Below, in pieces: positions 1 through 7,422 of a stretch of DNA of 55,568 nt. A program made the position numbers and the translations under genes. The notes below the pieces were generated by a model. The model did not search any database. It was given only the letters and a program-made list of their open reading frames with translations, and was not told the origin of the DNA. Position 1 is the first letter of the stretch. Each line of letters opens with the position of its first letter. This DNA comes from a virus (lineage: Duplodnaviria > Caudoviricetes): positions 1 through 55,568 of IMG/VR virus record IMGVR_UViG_3300009157_000022; one strand, 5' to 3'.

Positions 1-318
1 GGCGAGGTTCGCACCGGCGAGGTACGCACGGGCGAGGTTCGCACGGGCGAGGTTCGCACCGGCGAGGTACGCATCGGCGAGGTTCGCACCGGCGAGGTTC
101 GCACCGGCGAGGTACGCATCGGCGAGGTACGCATCGGCGAGGTCCGCATCGGCGAGGTCCGCACGGGCGAGGTTCGCACCGGCGAGGTACGCATCGGCGA
201 GGTTCGCACCGGCGAGGTTCGCACCGGCGAGGTACGCACGGGCGAGGTTCGCACGGGCGAGGTTCGCACCGGCGAGGTACGCATCGGCGAGGTTCGCACC
301 GGCGAGGTTCGCATCGGC
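1..318. repeat. About 21 tandem 15-bp units GGCGAGGT(T/A/C)CGCA(CC/TC/CG), coding pentapeptide repeats
   Basis: Directly visible 15-bp periodicity. Confidence 0.95.
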
Positions 319-429
319 GTTGACGGCTTGCTCCAGCGCCGTGCGGATCGGTTGCGGATCGTCGTCGGCAACTTCCGCGGTGTAGAGGACGGCTTCGGTG
401 TAGCGGTGTTTGATGGTGATGGTTTTCAC
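1..429 (-). CDS. Pentapeptide repeat protein (3'-truncated by window edge)
   Basis: Own translation from GTG 429 (GTGA overlap with upstream stop): MKTITIKHRYTEAVLYTAEVADDDPQPIRTALEQAVNADANLAGANLADAYLAGANLARA..., A(N/Y/D)LA(G/D/R) repeats. Confidence 0.85.
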   Translation of the reverse strand, partial: MKTITIKHRYTEAVLYTAEVADDDPQPIRTALEQAVNADANLAGANLADAYLAGANLARANLARAYLAGANLAGANLADAYLAGANLARADLADADLADAYLADAYLAGANLAGANLADAYLAGANLARANLARAYLAGANLA

Positions 430-797
430 TGCGCCACCTCCCACCGCTGCTCTTTAACCGGGTGCCCCATGTCGTCGACCTCGACGGCGACGATCTTCCC
501 GACGATGCCGAGGGCGCGTGCGTGCTCGATCGCCTGCTCGCCTGCCGTGGCGTTGAAGATGTGGCCGTCCTGACCGAATGCAGCGACGATTTCCGTCCTG
601 ATGCCGGCGTCGGTCTTGACGGAGCGGCAGATGACAAACCGGCGGATGCGCGGGATGGGTTGGCGCTTGTGGGGGTCGAACGACGCCGCGCTGAGCGGCT
701 CGACGCCGATCGCCGCGACACAGGACGGGCACATGCCGTCGTCGTCGGTGTCGATGAGTGCCGCAACCGAGCGGCCACAGGTAGAGCAGGTCAGCAT
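426..797 (-). CDS. Hypothetical protein with N-terminal Zn ribbon (CxxC..CxxC)
   Basis: MLTCSTCGR...MCPSC; start overlaps upstream stop. Confidence 0.65.
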   Translation of the reverse strand: MLTCSTCGRSVAALIDTDDDGMCPSCVAAIGVEPLSAASFDPHKRQPIPRIRRFVICRSVKTDAGIRTEIVAAFGQDGHIFNATAGEQAIEHARALGIVGKIVAVEVDDMGHPVKEQRWEVAQ

Positions 798-1060
798 TAC
801 GCGGCTCCCTTCCTGTAGAAACGGGTTCGACACGGACCGTGCTGGCTCGCGTCGTAACGGACCATGTCGGTGGCCAATTCTTCGATCGTGTCAGCGTTGA
901 GTTCCGGACCTGAGACGAAGGTGAACATCGCGCCACCGGCCATGCGGTTACCGCCGATGTCGTAGTCCACGACGAACATTGTGGAGCCCATGTCGGTCTC
1001 GACGATGACCGACGGTTGGCCGTCGACGAGCGGGCCGAAGTGCCATGACATGGCGGTCAT
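797..1060 (-). CDS. Hypothetical early protein
   Basis: ATG 1060 overlapping upstream stop, RBS GGTGAAG-like. Confidence 0.6.
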   Translation of the reverse strand: MTAMSWHFGPLVDGQPSVIVETDMGSTMFVVDYDIGGNRMAGGAMFTFVSGPELNADTIEELATDMVRYDASQHGPCRTRFYRKGAA

Positions 1061-1617
1061 GACTTCACCGCCGGCTGCGAGAGTTGCAAATCGAGAGCGC
1101 GAATCTCGTACTCGAGCATTGCCCGCGCGGTCTTGTTGCGCGTGCAGCGCAACTCCTGAACGAGTGCACGACGCTCGGCGAGAAGGTCCTGCGCGCTTCT
1201 CACGACGCGCTCCTTGCCATCGACGCGACCCAACAGACGCCACACAACCCGCGGTCGCTTAGCTCGTCCTCCGTCGCCTGCACCGTCTGGCAGGCCACGC
1301 AAACGCGCCGCGACCTGGCGGTCCATCTCGGCCGGGGTCTCGTAGCCGAGCCACTCCGCGCCCGGGACGTCGTACTCGGCGCCAGCGGCAGCACACTGAT
1401 TGACCAGGTATTCGAGATCGTCCGGGGCGTCGGCGTAGGCCCAGCGGATGCGCTCGCCCGCGCGGTGACCGTCCCAGCGGAGATGATCGCCGGAGAGTCG
1501 GCCGTAGGTCGAGCGGACTAGGCCAGAGGAGTCGAGCCATTCGATCCTGATCAACTCCTCGCCGTGGGAAAGGGAGTAGCGGAGGAGCGGGGCGACCGGG
1601 GATGCGGTTGCGAGCAT
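1057..1617 (-). CDS. Hypothetical protein, first gene of leftward early operon (leaderless)
   Basis: ATG 6 nt after a -10 TAGAGT. Confidence 0.65.
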   Translation of the reverse strand: MLATASPVAPLLRYSLSHGEELIRIEWLDSSGLVRSTYGRLSGDHLRWDGHRAGERIRWAYADAPDDLEYLVNQCAAAGAEYDVPGAEWLGYETPAEMDRQVAARLRGLPDGAGDGGRAKRPRVVWRLLGRVDGKERVVRSAQDLLAERRALVQELRCTRNKTARAMLEYEIRALDLQLSQPAVKS

Positions 1618-1623
1618 GAAGCC

Positions 1624-1652
1624 ACTCTACTAAGCAACGCTTAGGATGTCAA
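1624..1652 (-). promoter_or_regulatory. PL-like sigma70 promoter TTGACA-17-TAGAGT with operator CTAAGcaacgCTTAG (1630-1644) in the spacer
   Basis: Consensus -35, 17-nt spacer, palindrome shared with 2468-2482. Confidence 0.8.
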
Positions 1653-1659
1653 GTGGCGC

Positions 1660-1857
1660 TTAGTAAGAAGTCAGCCGAAGGCGATTTCTCCGACGAGGGC
1701 GCGTGCCAAAAATGACCCCCTCCATGACGGCGAGTAGTCCGGTCAGTGCGGCTGGATCGTCTCCAGCGGCATTCAAAACGCGCGCGAAACGAGCTTCCTG
1801 AGTTACCGCGTTTCCGGCCCGTCGCGGTGCCGGCGTCTTCTTTGTCTTCACTGTCAT
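1660..1857 (-). CDS. Small hypothetical protein
   Basis: 65-aa ORF with GGAGGAG RBS. Confidence 0.5.
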   Translation of the reverse strand: MTVKTKKTPAPRRAGNAVTQEARFARVLNAAGDDPAALTGLLAVMEGVIFGTRPRRRNRLRLTSY

Positions 1858-2004
1858 CTCCTCCGGTATCGGCTGCTGCCTACGCCGGTTGATTAGGGAT
1901 GTGCAGTTCTACAAGAGCCGTCTGACTGAATTTTGGAGGGTTCCGGATTGGAGTGGTTTCGTTAGTATTCCGACGACACCTGCAGCATTTGGTTGCGGAC
2001 CGAT

Positions 2005-2427
2005 CTAGCGCTGGATCATCGGGGTTATGAGACGAAGCCACGATTCGGCGGCGCTCAAGATCTCTTGACGTTGCTCGGGGGTGGCGATTCGCCAGAGGTA
2101 ATCGATCTGATCTTTCACCTGGGCAATCGGGCTTTCCGGGTCAAAGATCGTCGGCTGTGCGGCACCAAGGATCTTGTTGAGCGCCGGCATATAAGCCGAG
2201 TAGCTGGGCCTCAGTGGTTCGCCTTTTTTTCCGACAAGGAACTGGGTGAGCGCACTCGACGAGCAAGTGACACGCTTGTCTGCTTTTTCGACGAGAACCG
2301 CGAGATCGTCAAAAGTAAGCCCCTTCTCTTCTCTGCGACGTCGCGCCCACGCCTTATAGGAAAGCGTTGCCCAATAAACTGGCACCGGTTCAGTGGGGAT
2401 AGGTCGCCTCTTAGCCACGCTTAGCAA
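2005..2427 (-). CDS. CI-like repressor (XRE HTH)
   Basis: RRREEKGLTFDDLA..SSSALTQFL HTH-like; divergent from cro-like gene. Confidence 0.7.
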   Translation of the reverse strand: MLSVAKRRPIPTEPVPVYWATLSYKAWARRRREEKGLTFDDLAVLVEKADKRVTCSSSALTQFLVGKKGEPLRPSYSAYMPALNKILGAAQPTIFDPESPIAQVKDQIDYLWRIATPEQRQEILSAAESWLRLITPMIQR

Positions 2428-2455
2428 CCGTGCACCACTTCCTACTTAGTTGCGG

Positions 2456-2488
2456 TTGACATGCGTCCTAAGTCGTGCTTAGTAGAGT
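2456..2488 (+). promoter_or_regulatory. PR-like promoter with operator CTAAGtcgtgCTTAG (2468-2482)
   Basis: TTGACA at 2456; block TCCTAAG-N4-GCTTAGTAGAGTG shared with the PL region. Confidence 0.7.
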
Positions 2489-2490
2489 GT

Positions 2491-2715
2491 GTGGAATTGA
2501 GCGAACGCATCAATCGCTGGCGCGAGAGCAAGGAAGGCCTCAGCCAGGCCGCGCTCGCTAAGAAGATCGGCATCAGCCCGTCTGCTGTCGCGCAGTGGGA
2601 GCTCGGCCAAACCACCCCGACGCATGACCATGTCGAGAAGATCGCTCACGCGGTCGGCGTCTCGGTTCAAGAGTTTTGGGGCCGCGTTCCGGCCAAGAAA
2701 CGCAAGGCCTCCTAA
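2491..2715 (+). CDS. Cro-like XRE HTH regulator
   Basis: GLSQAALAKKIGISPSAVAQWELGQTTP canonical HTH_3. Confidence 0.9.
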   Translation: MELSERINRWRESKEGLSQAALAKKIGISPSAVAQWELGQTTPTHDHVEKIAHAVGVSVQEFWGRVPAKKRKAS

Positions 2716-2748
2716 CACCATGTTGCCAAACACTCATGGTGTTTTTTT
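2714..2748 (+). terminator. Intrinsic terminator after cro (tR1-like)
   Basis: AACACCATG-12-CATGGTGTT hairpin followed by T tract. Confidence 0.6.
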
Positions 2749-2815
2749 GCGCGCATCGGTGTGCGAGGACGCCACACGTGACGAGGTCGCCCTCCGTAGA
2801 AAACGCAACGAATGC

Positions 2816-3271
2816 TCACCTCGCCATCTCGATGCTGCAAAACAGCATCATCGGCATCCCGGACTGCGAGCCGACGCTGACGCCCTTCATGACGACGCCG
2901 TCGCCTGGCTCCTGTCTCGCCGCGGTGTGCTCGTCCACGCCGGCACACCCGACAAGGTTTCGATTGCGACTGGACCCAAGGAACACAAGTGGTGCGCCGT
3001 CCCGATCTCTAAGCACCGCGCTGACAGATCCGGCTACGCGCAGCGCCCTGCCCCTGTAACGCCCGTCGGCAGAGACCTGGTTCTCGTCGTACGCCTTGGC
3101 AAGTTCGAACATTGTGACGTCAACGTAGGGGCCATCTTCGGCAAGGCGTCTGAGTCTTTCCGTTGCGGTCGGCTCACGTGTCGCGGTCATGTCGTTGAAC
3201 ATAGCGAGAGCGACGCCGCCGACGAGTCCAGCGCCGAATACCCCGAGTGCGATTTTCGTTTTCTTGGTCAT
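2816..3271 (-). CDS. Membrane-anchored OB-fold protein (tRNA_anti-like family)
   Basis: N-terminal TM; ELAKAYDENQVSADGRYRGRALRVAGSV motif typical of this family. Confidence 0.7.
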   Translation of the reverse strand: MTKKTKIALGVFGAGLVGGVALAMFNDMTATREPTATERLRRLAEDGPYVDVTMFELAKAYDENQVSADGRYRGRALRVAGSVSAVLRDRDGAPLVFLGSSRNRNLVGCAGVDEHTAARQEPGDGVVMKGVSVGSQSGMPMMLFCSIEMAR

Positions 3272-3274
3272 GTC

Positions 3275-3586
3275 TTACTTCCCCGCCACCGCGACACCCT
3301 CGCGCATCTCGCGGCATCGATTGCCCCACTTCCATCCGTTGTCGGCGGACGCCGTATAGGCGATGACGGTAAGCGCGGCGGGGCCTGCGATCGCGGCGCT
3401 CCGATCGTCGTTCAAGACGAGGCCGGTCGTGATCGCCGCGACGCTGGCGGCCACGCCGACGAGGTCGGCTATCGCGAACACGCGGTGGGACCAGCACGAC
3501 GCGGAGCGCCCTGCCGTGGCAGGCGGCCTGGACTGGAACGCGATCGAGCAGGCGGACAGCAAGACGACGATCAGAATTATTCGCAT
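3275..3586 (-). CDS. Putative lipoprotein/membrane protein (leaderless)
   Basis: MRIILIVVLLSAC lipobox plus two hydrophobic segments; TACGAT 6 nt upstream of ATG. Confidence 0.7.
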   Translation of the reverse strand: MRIILIVVLLSACSIAFQSRPPATAGRSASCWSHRVFAIADLVGVAASVAAITTGLVLNDDRSAAIAGPAALTVIAYTASADNGWKWGNRCREMREGVAVAGK

Positions 3587-3750
3587 GACCGCATCGTAAG
3601 TCTCGATCCTGATGCTTGCGCGGCAGATCTGTGCGTAACCGCGCGGTCGACCGAGCGCCTCCGCTACAACTTGGTGTTTTTTTTGGTCAAAATCGCTCGT
3701 GCGAACGAGAGAGAAATCTATTCTCTTGTGAATAACCAGTCGGTGCGCCT

Positions 3751-4134
3751 GTGCAGTTGACCATGGGTTCCGACGACGATCCGCGCGCGACCGCTGCATG
3801 GTTCGCGCTGCACGACGCGATCGAAAACGCGGTCAGGCTCATCACGCCGAAAGAGCTTTGCTTCCGGCTCGGCATCTCGGCGCAGTACCTGTCCGAGGCG
3901 CTGCACAACAAGAACAGCAAGGGCTTTCGCGTCGAGTGGCTGACCACCGTGATCGCGATGGCGCCGCTCGAGGCCGTGCTGCCGATTTTGCGCGCGATGT
4001 GCGACCTGCGTGGGTTCGACGTCGAGCGCAAAAAGCAATTGACGCCCGAGCAGGAGCTCGCGGCCACACGGGACGCGCTCAAGCGACTCGCGCCGGCTGT
4101 GCTCGATCTCGTCGACAAAGAGATCGGCAAGTGA
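3751..4134 (+). CDS. CII-like HTH regulator
   Basis: PKELCFRLGISAQYLSEAL HTH; position after cro. Confidence 0.6.
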   Translation: MQLTMGSDDDPRATAAWFALHDAIENAVRLITPKELCFRLGISAQYLSEALHNKNSKGFRVEWLTTVIAMAPLEAVLPILRAMCDLRGFDVERKKQLTPEQELAATRDALKRLAPAVLDLVDKEIGK

Positions 4135-4222
4135 TCTCCAACGCCCTCGGCAAGCGCTAATCGCCTCCCTCCGTCTCCACCTATCCCGCCCGTCTGCCCT
4201 CGAACCTCAGAGATTTTCGCAA

Positions 4223-4474
4223 ATGACCCGAACCGACCTAGGGCTCGCGCCCATCGACTCCACCACGAATTCTCCGACGACACCATGCGTGGAGATACGG
4301 AGTGCGCTGGCGTCACAGTCCGACCGCGTCATCGCTGGCCTTAACGAACTGCGCACCGCGCGCGCGATGGATCTCCGTCTCAAACACACGTTGACGGGAT
4401 TGGACGCCCTGACGCCGCCGCCCTCTAACGACTGGCCGGGACCATACGACTTCGATCTCGGCGGTGAGTCATGA
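4223..4474 (+). CDS. Hypothetical protein
   Basis: ORF coupled to the next gene. Confidence 0.45.
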   Translation: MTRTDLGLAPIDSTTNSPTTPCVEIRSALASQSDRVIAGLNELRTARAMDLRLKHTLTGLDALTPPPSNDWPGPYDFDLGGES

Positions 4475-4593
4475 CGTGCTCCGTCTGCCGTCGCTCCGCT
4501 GCCGTGCTCATCACGCATACGCAGCGCGTCGCTCGTCGCACCGTGACCTGTGCGATCTGTGTGCCGTGTGAGCTCAAGGAGCGGCGTTCGTGA
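4471..4593 (+). CDS. 40-aa Zn-finger peptide
   Basis: Own translation MTCSVCRR...CAICVPCELKERRS; ATGA overlap. Confidence 0.5.
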   Translation: MTCSVCRRSAAVLITHTQRVARRTVTCAICVPCELKERRS

Positions 4594-4626
4594 AATCGAC
4601 CCACGCATACGTCGCGCGGCACGCTC
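4594..4626 (+). promoter_or_regulatory. AATCGACCC-type promoter (replication operon)
   Basis: AATCGACCC 4594-4602, CACGCT -10, ATG 29 nt downstream at 4632. Confidence 0.7.
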
Positions 4627-4631
4627 CGTTT

Positions 4632-4745
4632 ATGCCTGGCAGCATGAACACACCGCATTCCCTCGCTCGAGCAGACCGCGCCGCTGCCAGGCACGCGAGA
4701 ACCGGGCGAGGGCTTCCTTTCAACAGCGGCGAGCCGTCGGCGTGA
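4632..4745 (+). CDS. 37-aa leader ORF coupled to helicase
   Basis: MPGSMNTPHSLARADR...; TGA overlaps helicase GTG. Confidence 0.45.
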   Translation: MPGSMNTPHSLARADRAAARHARTGRGLPFNSGEPSA

Positions 4746-7093
4746 AACTCCGCGAGTATCAAGAGCGCGCCATCAGCGCGCTACGGGCAGAGTACGCGCG
4801 CGGCAAGCGTGCACCTTGTCTCGTCTTGCCTACAGGTGCCGGTAAGACCGTCATTGCTGCGGAAATCATTCGCGCGGCCATGGCCCGGAAAAACCGGGTC
4901 CTGTTCCTCGTCCACCGTCACGAACTCCTGGGTCAGTCCGTCGCCAAGCTCGAGCAAGCGGGCGTGACCGACCTGCGCATCATCCGCGCTGGCAACGATC
5001 AAGGGTCACCGACCGCGCCCGTCACTGTCGCGTCGATCCCGACCCTGACCCGATGGACATCCCGGCAGCCCGCCGCCGAGCTCGTCATCGTTGATGAGGC
5101 GCACCACGTCGTCGCCAAGACCTGGCGCAAGCTGGCGAACCACTACGCGGCATCGCTCATCCTTGGACTCACGGCCACACCTCAACGCGCAGACGGCAAG
5201 CCACTCGGTGACATCTTCGATTCGCTCGTCGTCGGCGCCACCGTTCGCGAACTTACCGACCTCGGTCACCTCGTGCCGTGCCGCGTGTTCGCCCCGCCGC
5301 TGGTGCTCGAAACCGCACAGCTCGCGCTGTCGCCGGTCGAGGCGTACATCAAGCACGGCGAGGGGCAGCGTGCGGTGATTTTTTGCGTCACCGTTGAGCA
5401 CGCACAGCGCGTCGCCGACGAGATGAACGCAGCCGGCGTACCGACCGGCGTGGTCAACGGCGAGATGGCGAAAGGCGACCGCCGCGACGTTCTCGCCCGC
5501 CTCAACACCGGCGAGATCCGCGCGGTGTCGTCGATCGGCGTGCTCACCGAGGGATGGGATTGCTTAGACAGCGAGACCGAGATCCTAACATCGCGCGGAT
5601 GGAAAGGCCGGGGGCGAGTCGCTGTCGGCGATATCGTTTACTCGATCAATAAACAAACCGGACAGATGGAGATGGTTCCTGTCGATCGCTACGTTGAACG
5701 ACCCGTCAACGACGGCGAGCGGATGATTTCGATCCGAAGTCAACATGTGAACGTCCGAACAACGGAGGGGCACGAGTTCCACATTAAATACCGTGACCCC
5801 AGCACGGGCGGAGCGTTGTCGCGAAATTGGTTGACGGTTACGGGCGCTAAACTCGTCGAGCGGCGCAGTTCATACGCGCTGCCTCTTTCGGCGCCCCCCG
5901 CGTCCCCCCCGATCGGGGTTGATCTTACCGACGACGAACTGAGGTTGATCGCGTGGTTCATAACCGATGGCGGATTCGAGGGCGGAAGTTTCTGCATCTC
6001 GCAATCGAAGCATTACCGCGACGAGATCAGGACGTTGCTCACGCGACTCGGCCTCGACTTCAGCGAACGAATCAGGAAACCGAGCAACAGCGGCTACAAA
6101 AACGGGAAACCGGTGCACGTGTTCCGCATTCCGAAGGGAACCGGACGCGGAAATAACAAACGTAACGGATGGATCGGGTACGCGGCGTATCTCGATAAGA
6201 ACGTTTCGCCGCTCCTGCACGGCATGTCTGTCGTGCAGTTCGATGTGTTCTGGTCGGAACTCCTCAAGGGTGACGGCGAAAGCGTCGGCAAGCGCGGATG
6301 GCTATGGTGCGATCGCATCTCTCAAGTCAACGCGTACATGGAGATGGCGCTCGTGCGTGGGTTGACCGCGACCTACTCCGAGCGTGTCACCAAGAACAAA
6401 AAGACTGTCTATCGGATTTCTGTTCGCCCGGCGCAATGGATCGTTTCCGATCCTGCGGACAGACGGAGCGCACGAGCGACACTCGAAACGCCGTCGCCGA
6501 GCGAGGTTGTTTGGTGCGTCACGAATCGCAACTCGACAATCGTCACTCGTCGTGGTGGCAAGGTTGCAATCATCGGCAACTGCCCAGCTGTCGCCGTCTG
6601 TATCATGGCGCGCAAGCCGCAACACGCCGGGCTCTATTTGCAGATGGCGGGACGCGTGCTCCGTCCAGCGCCCGGCAAGACACACGCGACGCTGATCGAT
6701 CTATGCGGTTCCGTGCACGACCACGGCACGCCGGACATGGATCGTACGTACACGCTCGACGGTCGCGGTATCTCCAAGGTCGACCGCGATCTGATTCGGC
6801 AGTGCCCGACGTGCGGCGGCGTGTTCAAGGCGGGACCAACAGCCTGTCCGTTGTGCGGATTCACGATGCCGCGGCGCGAGATCGATCTGCCAACGTCGCT
6901 TGGAATCGGCGTCGTCGACCTATCGACGCTGCCGCGACTGGCGCCACGCGCGTGGACGCTGTCGATTCAAGCGAAATATCCCGGAACGTGTCGCGGCTGC
7001 CGTGGTCGGATCGCGGTGGGTGACTCGATCTATTGGATCAAGGGCGAGGGCGCGAGGCATGCGGACTGTGAAGCGGCGAGGGCCAGCGCGTGA
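4742..7093 (+). CDS. SF2 DEAD/DEAH helicase (YejH/RadD-like) containing an intein
   Basis: LREYQ, LPTGAGKT, DEAHH, TAT, EGWD/CP, QMAGRVLR motifs; C-terminal Zn ribbons. Confidence 0.93.
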   Translation: MKLREYQERAISALRAEYARGKRAPCLVLPTGAGKTVIAAEIIRAAMARKNRVLFLVHRHELLGQSVAKLEQAGVTDLRIIRAGNDQGSPTAPVTVASIPTLTRWTSRQPAAELVIVDEAHHVVAKTWRKLANHYAASLILGLTATPQRADGKPLGDIFDSLVVGATVRELTDLGHLVPCRVFAPPLVLETAQLALSPVEAYIKHGEGQRAVIFCVTVEHAQRVADEMNAAGVPTGVVNGEMAKGDRRDVLARLNTGEIRAVSSIGVLTEGWDCLDSETEILTSRGWKGRGRVAVGDIVYSINKQTGQMEMVPVDRYVERPVNDGERMISIRSQHVNVRTTEGHEFHIKYRDPSTGGALSRNWLTVTGAKLVERRSSYALPLSAPPASPPIGVDLTDDELRLIAWFITDGGFEGGSFCISQSKHYRDEIRTLLTRLGLDFSERIRKPSNSGYKNGKPVHVFRIPKGTGRGNNKRNGWIGYAAYLDKNVSPLLHGMSVVQFDVFWSELLKGDGESVGKRGWLWCDRISQVNAYMEMALVRGLTATYSERVTKNKKTVYRISVRPAQWIVSDPADRRSARATLETPSPSEVVWCVTNRNSTIVTRRGGKVAIIGNCPAVAVCIMARKPQHAGLYLQMAGRVLRPAPGKTHATLIDLCGSVHDHGTPDMDRTYTLDGRGISKVDRDLIRQCPTCGGVFKAGPTACPLCGFTMPRREIDLPTSLGIGVVDLSTLPRLAPRAWTLSIQAKYPGTCRGCRGRIAVGDSIYWIKGEGARHADCEAARASA
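5561..6580 (+). mobile_element. 340-aa intein with LAGLIDADG (DOD) homing endonuclease
   Basis: Begins CLDSETEILT, block B TTEGHEF, LIAWFITDG and ELLKGDG, ends IIGN before C+1; splits helicase motif V (EGWD|CP). Confidence 0.93.
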
Positions 7094-7422
7094 CCGAAGG
7101 GCAACTCCAGGACGCAATTCGTCTCGCTCTCGGCAGCGATCCGGACCTCGTGTTGTGGCGAAACAACGTCGGAATGGCGTGGATGCGCGACGGAAAACCC
7201 GTCAGGTTCGGCGTCGGCGGACCGGGCGCAGCTGACCTGCTCGGCATGTTCCGCGGTCGCTTCGTCGCGATCGAAATCAAAACACCGACCGGCCGACAGT
7301 CGCCCGAACAGCAACGATTCGAGGAACTGGTTCGGCGACGAAACGGCATCTACGTCGTCCTGCGCTCGGTCGATGATGCCAAGGCGTGGCTAGCACAACT
7401 CCGCACCGAGGTAGCAGCGTGA
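7090..7422 (+). CDS. VRR-NUC domain nuclease
   Basis: TEGQLQ, GAADLLG, IEIKTPTGRQSPEQ. Confidence 0.9.
   Translation: MTEGQLQDAIRLALGSDPDLVLWRNNVGMAWMRDGKPVRFGVGGPGAADLLGMFRGRFVAIEIKTPTGRQSPEQQRFEELVRRRNGIYVVLRSVDDAKAWLAQLRTEVAA

Noticed and set aside
1-318. CRISPR-like array
   Set aside because: 15-bp units are contiguous without unique spacers and translate as pentapeptide repeats; no cas operon. The Cas4-like gene sits in a recombination module.
2624-3760. 378-aa plus-strand ORF
   Set aside because: Shadow of two better-supported minus-strand envelope genes; crosses a terminator
4550-4741. N-terminal extension of the helicase ORF
   Set aside because: Helicase similarity starts at KLREYQ (GTG 4742); the region holds the promoter motif and small ORFs
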